Assembly (NCBI GenBank): GCA_963822965.1
Contig: CAWGJT010000005.1
Location: 1,120,001-1,184,000 of the forward strand
DNA length: 64,000 bases
Origin: an uncultured delta proteobacterium
Lineage (GTDB): Bacteria > Myxococcota_A > UBA9160 > UBA4427
Reading direction: 5' to 3'
Shown piece by piece: positions 48,628 through 59,873 of the stretch. The position numbers and the translations under genes are program-made. Every line of letters starts with the position of its first letter. Position 1 is the stretch's first letter. The notes below the pieces were generated by a model. The model worked only from the letters and a program-made list of their open reading frames with translations, was not told the origin of the DNA and did not search any database.

Positions 48628-50010
48628 TCAGTGCCCCGAGAAGGCGTCGAAGATCGCGCTGCGCAGGCGCGACGGGCGGCCGGCGCGGTCGGCCCGATCG
48701 GCCGCACCGGCGATGCGCATGACGGTCGTCACGCCCAGCCAGCGCAGGGGCTCGGGCTCCCAGGCGGGCGGGCGATGCTGCACCCAGGGATGGCTCGTGC
48801 GCTCGGTCTCCCGCTCCAGCACGAGATCGACGAGGGTGCGTGCGGCGAGATTCGAGGCCGCGACGCCGCTGCCGATATAGCCTCCCGCCGTCCCGAGCCG
48901 GGTGCTGCTGTCGAAGCGGACGAAGGGCTTCCAGTCCCGCGAGACGCCGAAGGCCCCACCCCAGCGACACGCGATCGCGACAGTCGCGCAGCTGCGGGAA
49001 GTACTCGTAGAGGGCGGCCTCGACGTGGGCGTAGACGGGGCCCGACTGCGGGAAGTAGTCGCAGATCGTGGAGCCGTAGAAGTAGCGGCCGCCGGCACCG
49101 AAGGCGAGTCGGTCGTCGGCCGTGCGCTGGGCGTAGCTGAGCAGACGCCGGGCGTCGCCGAAGAGGACGCGGTCGTGGGCGCCGATCTCCTGCCAGAGCG
49201 CGGCGGAGAGCGGCTCGGTGACGACCATCAGCGTGTGCATGGGAAGCAGGGTTCGCGCTTCGCCGCGCAGCGAACGGGAGTAGCCCTCCGTGCAGCGGAG
49301 GACGACGCGAGCCGAGAGACGCCCGCCCTCGGTGAGCACGCGGCCCGGACGGAGCTCGATGGCAGGCGACCGCTCGTAGAGCGTGACGCCGAGCCGCTCG
49401 ATCGTCCGGGCCAGGCCACGGGCGAGCTTCGCGGGTTGGATGGCCGCGCAGTGCGGCGAGTAGACGCCTCCGCGCGCGCCCACCATGCGGACCCGCTCGT
49501 CGCACTCGTGGGCTTCGAGCCAGCGAAAGTCGGCATCGGTGAAGCCCGGCCGTTGCAGCTCGGCGACGAGCGCCCGGCCACGCGCGTACTCGGCGTCGTT
49601 GGTCGTCACGTTCAGATAGCCACTCTTCGCGTAGTCGCAGTCGATGCCGTCGGCGCTTGGCGGCCCGTCCGACCTCGTCGACGGTGTCGAACATGGCGCG
49701 CTGCAGGGCGACCGCCTGTGCCTGCATCGGTCCGGCCGCCCACGCGGCGACGCCCTCGAGATGCGCGTTGCACCAGCCGCCGTTGCGCCCCGAAGCACCG
49801 AAGCCCGCGACCTGGCTCTCCACGACGGCGATGGTCAGCTCGGGGGCCTGCTGGGCCAGATAGTAGGCGGTCCATAAGCCCCGTGAAGCCGGCACCGACG
49901 ATGGCGACATCGACCTGCTCGTCGCCGGCGAGGGCCGGACGCGGGACGAGAGGCTCGTCGAGACTGGCCAGCCAGAAGCTCGGGGCGTCGATCGCATCTC
50001 CATTCTGCAT
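48628..50010 (-). CDS. FAD-dependent oxidoreductase (DAO/PuuB-like), about 3 frameshifts
   Basis: VAIVGAGFTG / LWTAYYL..GASGRNGG / IQPAKLARGL..TEGY / GYIGSGVAASN..WEPEPLRW in successive frames. Confidence 0.85.
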
Positions 50011-50419
50011 GCCGGGACCGTATCAGAGTGGCCGCATTCTGTGTCCGCCCGGAATCCAAGTAGGACCGCGGTCCGGTCGTCGAGCTTCGACGAGAAACGC
50101 ATTTCCCGTGCCTGCATCGCCGATCGACGTCGAGCACGTCGCGCTCACGCGAACCCAGCTCGCCGAAGCGCGGCGGCATCTCGGCCTCGAGGACGGTAGT
50201 CGGGTGGCCCCCGGTCGCCCCCGAGCCCGGTGGGCCTCGCGGGATCGCCCGGACGTCCTCGGGGCCGCGCCCCGAGAGGACGCCCGCAAGGCCCCGCTCG
50301 CGCATCGAGGCTCGCGCGTCGCAGACGGGTGTTGTCGAGATCGACGCTCTCCAGCAGACTTCACACGCTCCTTCCTTCCTTCTCCGGACCGCCACGTTCG
50401 TCCGGCCCCTGGAGGTGCC

Positions 50420-52267
50420 ATGTCGACCTCGCCCGTCCGCCTTCTCGGCATCCTGCTCCTCGGGATCGGTGCGCTTCTCATCGTCGGCTGCGGACGCAGC
50501 GGCGAGCCCGAGGTCGCGGCTCGCGCACCCGACCCGGCCTCCCTGCGAAGCCTCGCCAACGGGCGGGTGGTCGGCTTCGAGAACCCGAATGGCGGTCACG
50601 CCTGGCTCGGGATCCCCTTCGCGAAGCCTCCGGTCGGCAGCCTGCGCTGGCGCGCCCCCGACCCGCCCGAGCCCTGGACGGACACGCGGGAGGCGCTCGC
50701 GATCGGCTCCCCGTGTCCGCAGCTGGCGAATCCTCTCGGCGGCCCCGAAGCGGCGCGGAAAGAGGGAGTGATCGGCAACGAGGACTGCCTGTACCTGAAC
50801 GTCTTCGCACCCCGCTTCGCACCCGGGGAGGTGCCCACGGGAGATGCCCGCCTGCCGGTGCTGTTCTGGATCCACGGCGGGGGCAACTCCGTCGGTCACG
50901 GCGGCGGCTACGACGGCGGCCGCCTGGCGGTCGAGCAGAACGTGGTGGTGGTCACCACCAACTACCGGCTGGGCGCCCTCGGCTGGTTCCGCCACCCGGC
51001 GCTGGCCGAGACGGCGCGCGACGCGCGGGATGCGTCGGGGAACTTCGGCATTCTCGACCTGATCCGCGGCCTCGAGTGGGTGCGCGACGACATCGCGGGG
51101 TTCGGCGGTGATCCGGAGAACGTCACGATCTACGGCGAGTCCGCGGGCGGCCACGACGTGTTCAGCCTGCTCGTGGCCCCGGACGCCGGAGGCCTCTTCC
51201 ACCGCGCCATCTCCCAGAGCGGCGGCACCTGGACCGAGACGGCCCGGCGGGCAGAGGCGTACGCGGCGGACGGCGGGGCGCCGCACTCCTCGCGCGAAAT
51301 CGTGGTGCGGCTGCTGGCGCAGGGGGGCGCCGAGGACGCGCGCGCCCGCGCGGACGCACTCTCGGCCGAGCAGACCCGCGCGCTGCTGCTGGACGCGAGC
51401 GCAGAGCAGCTGATCGAGGCCCACGTGGAGGGAGACGAAGGCGCCTTCGGCATGTACGACTCCCCCCGCGTGTTCCGCGAGGGCGTGGTGCTACCGGCGG
51501 ACGGGATCCCGGAGGCGATCGCCGCCGGGCGCTTCCACCGGGTTCCGGTGATTCTCGGAACGAACCGCGACGAGAGCAAGCTCTTCATGTCCTTCGACCC
51601 GGACCGGGTGTGGCGTCTCTTCTGGATGTTCCCGATGCTGCGTGACGCCGACCGCTACGATCGCGACGCCGAGTACTCCAGCAACCTGTGGAAGGTGAGC
51701 GGCGTCGACGAGCCCGCAGCGGCGATGGTCGCCGCAGGCCACACCGACGTCTTCGCCTATCGCTTCGACTGGGACGAGCAGGGCCAGGTGCTGGTGACCG
51801 ACCTCTCGCGCCTGCTGGGAGCGGCCCACGGCCTCGAGATCCCGTTCGTTTTCGACAGCTTCGACTCGCCCTTGATGGCCCGCCTCTCGGGCGGCCGCAC
51901 AGACCCCGCGCGAGACGCGCTGGCCCGTTCGATGCGCGACTACTGGGCCGAGTTCGCGCGCACGGGATCGCCCGGGACGGGCGGCGGCGAGCACCCCCGC
52001 TGGGTCGCCTGGTCGCCGGCAGCCCGCGGCCCGAAGGTGATGGTGCTCGACTCCGCGAACGACGGCGGACAACGGATGACGGACGCGGTGCTCACCCACG
52101 AAGGCGTGCTGGACGCGCTGATGGCCGACGAGCGCTTCGCGGACGACGCCGAACGCTGCGCGTACATGCAGACCCTGCTGGGCTTCTCGGACCTGACGCC
52201 GGAGGAGTACAGGGAGCGGGGCTGCGGCGAGCCGCCGAGCGAGGTCGTCCTGGGAGACGCCAGCTGA
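50420..52267 (+). CDS. Type-B carboxylesterase (lipoprotein)
   Basis: LGIPFAKPP, EDCLYLNV, WIHGGG, GESAGG, GTNRDE, AAHGLEI; GGAGG RBS; lipobox IVGC. Confidence 0.93.
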   Translation: MSTSPVRLLGILLLGIGALLIVGCGRSGEPEVAARAPDPASLRSLANGRVVGFENPNGGHAWLGIPFAKPPVGSLRWRAPDPPEPWTDTREALAIGSPCPQLANPLGGPEAARKEGVIGNEDCLYLNVFAPRFAPGEVPTGDARLPVLFWIHGGGNSVGHGGGYDGGRLAVEQNVVVVTTNYRLGALGWFRHPALAETARDARDASGNFGILDLIRGLEWVRDDIAGFGGDPENVTIYGESAGGHDVFSLLVAPDAGGLFHRAISQSGGTWTETARRAEAYAADGGAPHSSREIVVRLLAQGGAEDARARADALSAEQTRALLLDASAEQLIEAHVEGDEGAFGMYDSPRVFREGVVLPADGIPEAIAAGRFHRVPVILGTNRDESKLFMSFDPDRVWRLFWMFPMLRDADRYDRDAEYSSNLWKVSGVDEPAAAMVAAGHTDVFAYRFDWDEQGQVLVTDLSRLLGAAHGLEIPFVFDSFDSPLMARLSGGRTDPARDALARSMRDYWAEFARTGSPGTGGGEHPRWVAWSPAARGPKVMVLDSANDGGQRMTDAVLTHEGVLDALMADERFADDAERCAYMQTLLGFSDLTPEEYRERGCGEPPSEVVLGDAS

Positions 52268-52412
52268 GCTCCCGTGCTGGTCCTGGTGCTGGGAGCGGGA
52301 ACGCTGATCGCCGCCGCTCGCCTCCCCCGGCTATGATGATGGACGTCCGGTCCATCGTGAGGTCGCGCACGCATGCGCGACCCTCAAGGCTGGCGGGTTC
52401 GAGGGAGACGAC

Positions 52413-52865
52413 GTGGACGGGTGCATCGGAACGACTCGGTCGAAGGCGCGGTGGCGCTGCGCCGCGCTGCTGGCAGCTCTCCTGGCGACGGCAGGCTGCG
52501 CAGAGTCGGACACGCCGGCCGCGCAGCTCAGCGGGCTCGAGAGGCAGGGCCGCTCCCTGTTCCTCGATCACTGCGCGCTCTGCCACGGCGACGATGCCCG
52601 GGGCGACGGCGCACTCCCCGGCCTGATGACGCCCGCCGCCGACCTGACGCACATCGCGGTGCGGAACGGCGGCGAGTTCCCGTCCGCCGAGGTCGCCCGC
52701 TTCATCGACGGTCGGATCCCGATCCAGGCACACCGCTCGCCCGAGATGCCCGTCTGGGGCCGCGTCATCAGCTCCGAGATCCGCGATCCGGACGTCCGGG
52801 AAGAGGTCACCCAAGGCAAGATCTCGGCGCTGGTCTTCTACCTCCGCTCGATCCAGGTCGAGTAG
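52413..52865 (+). CDS. Monohaem cytochrome c (lipoprotein)
   Basis: CALCH, ADLT, MPVWG, YLRSIQ. Confidence 0.88.
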   Translation: MDGCIGTTRSKARWRCAALLAALLATAGCAESDTPAAQLSGLERQGRSLFLDHCALCHGDDARGDGALPGLMTPAADLTHIAVRNGGEFPSAEVARFIDGRIPIQAHRSPEMPVWGRVISSEIRDPDVREEVTQGKISALVFYLRSIQVE

Positions 52866-52924
52866 ACAACCGGACGGAACGACGGGCGGCGGCCCGTACG
52901 GGCCGGGGCGAATCGACCGACCGC

Positions 52925-54103
52925 TCAGTCCGTGGCGACGAGCCCGTGGCCGTTGTCGCGCATGATCTGGCGGATCTCCGTCTCGGAGAATCCGTCGAGG
53001 TCGTCGATGAAGGCGGTCGGCTCGGCCAGGCCCTCGGCGTGCGGGAAGTCCGAGCCGAAGAGGACCTGAGAGGTGCCGACCAGGTCGCGCAGCGCCGCGA
53101 TGTCGTCTTCGTAGTACGGCGCGATGAAGACGTGGCGGCGCAGCTGCTCGACGGGATCCTGCTCGAAGTGGCCGGGCATCTGGCCGTACGCCTTCTCCAG
53201 CTTGCGGACGAGGCCCTCGGCCCAGTCGCTCCCGCACTCGATCGACGCGACGCGGACGCCGGGGTGTCGGACGAAGACACCGCCGCAGACGAGCGACGCG
53301 AAGGTGTCGTGGATCGGCGCCGGGGAAAGGCAGGTGTAGACCGGGTCGAAGTCGAAGGCGCGAAACTCCCGATCGCCACCCCAGAGCTCGCTGAAGCCGC
53401 GATAGCCGGCGTCGCCCGAGTGGAAGGCGACCGGGATGCCGGCTTCGGAGACCCGGGCCCAGAATCCGTCGAAGCGCTGGCTCGCGGGGCTGATGGCCGT
53501 GTCCGGCCCGGTCGGGACCGGCCCCGGGACCATGCTGACGAGCCGGGCCCCCGCGGCGATCAGCCGCTCGATCTCCGCCTCGGCCCAGGCGACATCCATC
53601 AGAGAGATGTACGGCGCGGCGAAGAGGCGCTCTTGATAGGCGAAGCCCCAGTCCTCTTCGAGCCAGCGGTTGAAGGCGCCGAAGGCGACGCAGGCCGCCT
53701 CGGGGTCGTGTCGCAGGCTCTCCTGCATGCCGACGCCGAGGGTGGGGAAGAGCAGCGCCCCCTCGATGCCCTGGGTGTCGAGCAGCTTGATGCGCGTGTC
53801 CCGGTCTCGATAGGCCGGGTTGATCGGCTCGAGGGAGCCGAAGAGCTCGGCGACGGACTTGCCTTCGGGATTGCGGCCGCGGAAGTACTCGTCGAGGCAG
53901 CCCGGCCGGGCCACGGGATCGAAGGTCGGATTCGGGATGAAGCGGTTCATCTTGCCGCCGACCAGCAGGCGCTTGCGGCCGTTCACCTCGGCCCACTGCA
54001 TGCAGCGGGATTGCATGCGGCGATCGACGTGGCGGGTGAAGGCGTCCTCGGCCTCGTAGTAGTGGTTGTCGCAGTCGAAGGCGCGAAAGCCGAGCTCGGT
54101 CAT
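52925..54103 (-). CDS. Amidohydrolase family protein
   Basis: FDCDNHYYE, AFHSG, VLFGSDFPHAEG. Confidence 0.9.
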   Translation of the reverse strand: MTELGFRAFDCDNHYYEAEDAFTRHVDRRMQSRCMQWAEVNGRKRLLVGGKMNRFIPNPTFDPVARPGCLDEYFRGRNPEGKSVAELFGSLEPINPAYRDRDTRIKLLDTQGIEGALLFPTLGVGMQESLRHDPEAACVAFGAFNRWLEEDWGFAYQERLFAAPYISLMDVAWAEAEIERLIAAGARLVSMVPGPVPTGPDTAISPASQRFDGFWARVSEAGIPVAFHSGDAGYRGFSELWGGDREFRAFDFDPVYTCLSPAPIHDTFASLVCGGVFVRHPGVRVASIECGSDWAEGLVRKLEKAYGQMPGHFEQDPVEQLRRHVFIAPYYEDDIAALRDLVGTSQVLFGSDFPHAEGLAEPTAFIDDLDGFSETEIRQIMRDNGHGLVATD

Positions 54104-54194
54104 GGAGATCTCTCCGGCGAGTGCTTGGTAAAGGGCGGGTGGGCCGGCAGCCGCCTCGTCCGGGCCGGCTCCGACGTCTCCGCGACTGAGCTCG

Positions 54195-54250
54195 ATCCTA
54201 AATGATCGTTGAAGAATATTCAATGAACATATAGACTCGAATCCTCAATT
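54195..54250. promoter_or_regulatory. AT-rich divergent promoter with a candidate TetR operator
   Basis: TTGAA-GAATA-TTCAA inverted repeat between divergent amidohydrolase and TetR genes. Confidence 0.45.
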
Positions 54251-54253
54251 TCC

Positions 54254-54916
54254 TTGGCGAGGCGAGCTCTGTCGGCTCCGCAACATCAATCTCCGCCGTC
54301 CGCCCCCGGCGGCGGGCCGAGCCGCCGCCGCGAGGCGAGCGAGCGTCGCCGCCGAGCGATCCTGGACGCGGCCCGGCTCTGCTTCGGTCGGGACGGCTAC
54401 GCGGGCGCGACCGTGGCCCGCATCGCGGAGGAGGCCGGCGTCTCGAACGGCCTCCTCTATCAATTCTTCCGAAACAAGGACGAGCTGCTCGAGGTGGTGC
54501 TGAAGGAGGTGGTGCGGGACTGGGTGCGCGCGCTCGTTCCGCGCGAGCACGAACGCGATCAGCCGGCGCTCGCCCTCGAGCAGATGTTCCGCCGCTCGGT
54601 CGAGTTCTGTGCGACCAATCCCCTGCTTCCCGCGCTCCTCTCCTCCGACCCTTCGCTCCGGCGCGAGCGCATCAGCATGGCCAGCGAAGGCCGCTTGAAG
54701 GCCCACCGCGAGCTCATCGGGTCGATCCTCCAGCAGGGCATCGAGATCGGAGAGTTCAGGCAGGATCTCGACGTGAGCTCGGTCGCCGATCTCGTCAGCC
54801 AGCTGACCTCGGACTACTCCACGCGCGCCTACGTCGCGGATCCCGACTTCCCAGCGACGCCGCAGATCGTCGACGCTGCCGCCCGCTTCATCCTCGACGC
54901 GGTACGCGCGCCCTAG
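54254..54916 (+). CDS. TetR/AcrR family regulator
   Basis: AILDAARLCF..GYAGATVARIAEEAGVSNGLLYQFFRNKDELL. Confidence 0.92.
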   Translation: MARRALSAPQHQSPPSAPGGGPSRRREASERRRRAILDAARLCFGRDGYAGATVARIAEEAGVSNGLLYQFFRNKDELLEVVLKEVVRDWVRALVPREHERDQPALALEQMFRRSVEFCATNPLLPALLSSDPSLRRERISMASEGRLKAHRELIGSILQQGIEIGEFRQDLDVSSVADLVSQLTSDYSTRAYVADPDFPATPQIVDAAARFILDAVRAP

Positions 54917-54967
54917 GACTCGACACCCCGGGTCGCGACCGCGCATTCATCCAGGAGAACGCTCCCC

Positions 54968-55843
54968 ATGCCCATGCCCACCGACGTCCCGATCATCGAC
55001 CTCATGCTCGGCATCCCCAGCGAGGAGGCGAAGCGCAGCTACGACTTCATGCGTCCGCTCTTCCGCGACGCCGAGAGCCTGAAGAGCTTCGACTTTCCGG
55101 TCGAGTACATGTTCAAGGACGTGCCGAAGTTCTCGAGCCTCGGCGACCGCATCAAGTACACGCTCCAGGAGATGGACAAGTACCGGATCGAGCGCGCGCT
55201 GATCGGCGTCTCCCTCAGGGACGAGGTGTCCCAGCAAGCGCTCCGCGAACACCCCGACCGCTTCATCGCCTCGTGCGGCACCGACCCCAACGGCGGCATG
55301 GAAGATCTGCGCAACATCGTGCGGCTCCACGAGGAGTTCGACATTCGCGCCGTCAGCGCCTTCCCCGCCGGCTGCGTGCCCCAGGTTCCGATCGACGACA
55401 AGCGCTTCTATCCCGTCTATGCGAAGTGCGTCGAGCTCGACGTGCCGATCTTCTGCTGTGTCGGGGTTCCCGGCCCGCGCATTCCGATGGCCTGCCAGCA
55501 CGTCGAGCGGATCGACGAGGTGATGTGGTTCTTCCCCGAGCTCAAGTTCGTGATGCGCCACGGGGCCGAGCCCTGGGAGGAGCTGGCCGTCAAGCTGATG
55601 CTGAAGTGGCCCAACCTCTACTACTCGACCAGCGCCTTCGCGCCCCGCTACTACCCGAAGGCGATCGTCGACTACGCCAACACCCGCGGCGCGAACAAGA
55701 TCCTCTACGCGGGCTACTTCCCGATGGGCCTCTCGCTCGAGAGAATCATGGGCGACATGCCGGACGTCCCCTTCCGCGACCACGTCTGGCCCCGCTTCCT
55801 GCGCGAGAACGCGATCGAGCTCCTCAGGCTGAACGAGGCATAG
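54968..55843 (+). CDS. Amidohydrolase family protein
   Basis: YPVYAKCVELDVP, MRHGAEPW, TSAFAPRY, FLRENA. Confidence 0.88.
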   Translation: MPMPTDVPIIDLMLGIPSEEAKRSYDFMRPLFRDAESLKSFDFPVEYMFKDVPKFSSLGDRIKYTLQEMDKYRIERALIGVSLRDEVSQQALREHPDRFIASCGTDPNGGMEDLRNIVRLHEEFDIRAVSAFPAGCVPQVPIDDKRFYPVYAKCVELDVPIFCCVGVPGPRIPMACQHVERIDEVMWFFPELKFVMRHGAEPWEELAVKLMLKWPNLYYSTSAFAPRYYPKAIVDYANTRGANKILYAGYFPMGLSLERIMGDMPDVPFRDHVWPRFLRENAIELLRLNEA

Positions 55844-56272
55844 GAGCGCACGCGAAGACGCCTGTCGGGTCCCGTGGCGCTCTTGGCCCGATGGGCTTCC
55901 ACGACGCGCGCGACGTGAGCAGCACGCGCCCAGCGAACCTCCTACGCCCACCAGACCGAAGCCGGAGACAACTGACGGCGGGACGGTGGCACGCGGAGCG
56001 TCCCTACGCCGCCCGCAGGGCGGATCTGAAGCGACCCGCTCTGACGCAAGCCGCCGCAGCACCCCGAAATGTCCTGCGATCGTCGCTGGCGGGTATATGA
56101 TGCGAGTGAGAGGGGCTCCGACCGAAGCCGCTCACCCCCAGGCACCCTCCTCCTCCCGACGCTCCGCCGCGCCCAGACACCTCGCCCTTCTCTGGATTGG
56201 TCGACGACGTCCTCGGGATTGGCCGACGGTGTCCGTCGGCCCGAGAGCCCCGATGCGGGGCAGGAGCACACC

Positions 56273-56968
56273 ATGGCCTTGATCTCCGTTCTCAGCGAGA
56301 CCGTCCAACAAGGCGCGATTCCGCGCTACGAGCGGCTGGTCCGCTTCGTGGCCGAGAGGGCCCGACAAGACGGCAACACCGTCCCCTGGGGCGCTCGGGT
56401 CACCACCGGCGCCAGCGGTCGTGCGATCGGGTTCATCACCCGCGCCGAGAGCTTCGCCGAGCTGGCGGCCCGTGAGGAGCCGGACGCCATGATCCGACGC
56501 CTCTTCGGCGAAGCCGACGGAACCGCGATTCTCGAATCCCTGGGCGAAGGCGTCATCAGCAGCACCTCCACGGTGGCGACGATCCGAGACGACCTGTCGG
56601 GCCAGCCGGCGCCCCAGCCGGGCGAGGTGGCACCGCTCATCCTGCTGACGCGAATCCGCACCACCAACGACGGCGGTCCCGGCGTCGAGCAGCTGATCCG
56701 CAAGGTGTCGGAGGCCGCGACCAAGGTGGGGGACGAGCGCCAGATCCTGGTGCTCCAGACCACCATCGGCGATCTTCGCAGCTATGCGGTGGCGCAGGCC
56801 ATCCCGAATCCCGCCGTCCTCGACGAGCAGGCGACGGTGCCCGAGCTTCTCCTGAAGGCCTTCGGGCAGACGCAGGGCGAGAGCATCTTCCGGGAGGGCA
56901 CGGCGTGCATCGCGCACGTGGAGACCGAGCTGTCGACCGCGCGGCCGGATCTCTCGAACGAAGGCTGA
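56273..56968 (+). CDS. Hypothetical protein (possible duplicated alpha/beta, NIPSNAP-like)
   Basis: AGGAG RBS; two similar halves ending IRDDLS and ARPDLS. Confidence 0.6.
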   Translation: MALISVLSETVQQGAIPRYERLVRFVAERARQDGNTVPWGARVTTGASGRAIGFITRAESFAELAAREEPDAMIRRLFGEADGTAILESLGEGVISSTSTVATIRDDLSGQPAPQPGEVAPLILLTRIRTTNDGGPGVEQLIRKVSEAATKVGDERQILVLQTTIGDLRSYAVAQAIPNPAVLDEQATVPELLLKAFGQTQGESIFREGTACIAHVETELSTARPDLSNEG

Positions 56969-57077
56969 ACGAGCCGCGCAACGAGCGAAACGGGCGGAAC
57001 GAGTAAGGGCGGCGACGGATGAGCTCCGCCGCCGCCCCGAGGCGCGCGGACGAGGCCCGACGAGGAGAGCGAGCACC

Positions 57078-58277
57078 GTGAAGATCGCGACCGCCTACAT
57101 GCCCCACGAAGTCTTCTTCCCGGACGCCGTTCGGGACGGGCCCGCGCCGCGCGTGCTGGTCGCGCCGCAGCGGTACGTCCAGGGATCGGGCGTGCTCGGT
57201 GGCGTCGGGCGCTATCTGTCGCTGCTCGATGCGAAGCGCGTGGCGGTGCTCGTCACCGAGCGCGGGCAGCGCAGCGAGGGACCGGGCCTGTTCGCCGGTC
57301 TCCGGGAGCACGGCGTCGACTGGACGGCCAGCACCTTTCACGGCGAGTGCTCGCTCGAGGAGATCGAGGCGCAGGCCCACGCCCTGCAGAGTGCCGGCGC
57401 CGACGCGCTCCTGGCCGTGGGCGGTGGCAAGTGCATCGATACGGGCAAGGCGGTCGCGTTCCGCCTGGGCATCCCCGTCGTCGTGATTCCGTCGCTCGCA
57501 TCGAACGACGCGCCGTGCTCGGCAGTGTCGGTCCTGTACTCGCCAGAAGGCGTCTCCACGGGCGTCGAGTTCTATCCCAACAGCCCCGCCCTGGTGGTCG
57601 TCGACACGGACGTCGTGGCCGCCGCGCCCGAGCGATTCCTGGTCTCCGGAATGGGCGACGCCATGGCAACCTGGTTCGAGGCGCGTGTATGTCTCGAGAA
57701 CCCAGACGGCGTCACGACCCTGGGCGCGAGGCCCACCCTCGCCTCGGCGGCCATCGGCGAGGCATGTGCCCAGACCCTCTTCGCCGACGGGGTGGCGGCG
57801 GCCGCGGCCGTCGCCCGGTCCGAGGTGGACGATTCGCTCGAGAAGGTGGTGGAGGCCAACACCCTGCTGAGCGGGGTCGGGTTCGAGAGCGGGGGCCTGG
57901 CGGCCGCCCACGGCATCGCCCAGAGCTGCACGGCCATCCCCCGGGTGCACGCCGACTACCTCCACGGCGAAATGGTGGCCATCGGCACGCTCGGCCAGCT
58001 CGTGATGGAAGGAAGGGACGATGAGGCGCGAAAGGTTGCGGAGCTCTTCGCCGCGGTCGGCCTGCCCGTGCACCTGGGCCAGCTGTCTCTCGGCCGCGAG
58101 GACGGCGCGGCGCTGGCGACGATCGTGGAAGGTACCCTGGGCTTCCCGTTCATCGACAACATGCCCGGGCGGGTCGACGCAGACGCGGTCCGGCAGGGCG
58201 TGCTCGCCGCCGACGCCCTGGGGCGCGAGGTGAGCGCCACCCGCGGCGATGCGGCGTATCGCAAGCTGCACGGCTAG
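57078..58277 (+). CDS. gldA: Glycerol dehydrogenase
   Basis: PQRYVQG, GGGKCIDTGK, ASNDAPCS, GMGDAMAT, LLSGVGFESGGLAAAH, LHGEMVA. Confidence 0.9.
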   Translation: MKIATAYMPHEVFFPDAVRDGPAPRVLVAPQRYVQGSGVLGGVGRYLSLLDAKRVAVLVTERGQRSEGPGLFAGLREHGVDWTASTFHGECSLEEIEAQAHALQSAGADALLAVGGGKCIDTGKAVAFRLGIPVVVIPSLASNDAPCSAVSVLYSPEGVSTGVEFYPNSPALVVVDTDVVAAAPERFLVSGMGDAMATWFEARVCLENPDGVTTLGARPTLASAAIGEACAQTLFADGVAAAAAVARSEVDDSLEKVVEANTLLSGVGFESGGLAAAHGIAQSCTAIPRVHADYLHGEMVAIGTLGQLVMEGRDDEARKVAELFAAVGLPVHLGQLSLGREDGAALATIVEGTLGFPFIDNMPGRVDADAVRQGVLAADALGREVSATRGDAAYRKLHG

Positions 58278-58481
58278 TGCCCGTCCCACGAACAGACCCA
58301 GATCGATCGGCGAAGCCTCTGTCTCTGGCAGGCGTGATCGCATCATCTGATCACCCGGTGATCAGGAAGGCGAGAGCGTCTCCATGTACGTCCGACCGCG
58401 AAGTCGCGGAAGGACGCTTCGCTTGAGCCGACTCCAGCCCGCCGGATCCGGACCCGAGTGCGCCTGGCGCAACGCGTCTGC

Positions 58482-59528
<1,047 letters not shown>

Positions 59529-59534
59529 CTCGGA

Positions 59535-59738
59535 CTCTGCCGAGCGGTAGGCGTGAGCGACCGGACCCTGGAGTATGCGCTCCGCGGGATCTACGACGTC
59601 ACACCTCAGCGTTACATGCACGTGCATCGACTTCGGGCGGCACGGCAAGCGCTGCGACGGGCCGATCCCGAGCGGGGCGCGGTCAAGCGCGCCCCCTGCG
59701 ACGCGAGCTTCCGAGAGCTCGGACGGTTTTCCGTCTAG
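59535..59738 (+). pseudogene. AraC/XylS (EutR-like) HTH C-terminal fragment
   Basis: LCRAVGVSDRTLEYALR..TPQRYM..RLRAARQAL..FRELGRFSV*. Confidence 0.7.
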
Positions 59739-59873
59739 TACCGACCCCTTGGCCGAACGCAAGGCCGCCCAGACCATCGGCGCAAGGGTTCCCGTGAGAG
59801 GCCAGAGCCATGCGGGCGCTATCGATTCGCTTGGTCCTCCGACCGGGATACTCCGGTGGGAAGCGACGCCGGG

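Noticed and set aside
48902..50419. Long N-terminal extension of the carboxylesterase
   Set aside because: It is antisense to the FAD oxidoreductase; a good RBS and signal peptide are present at 50420.
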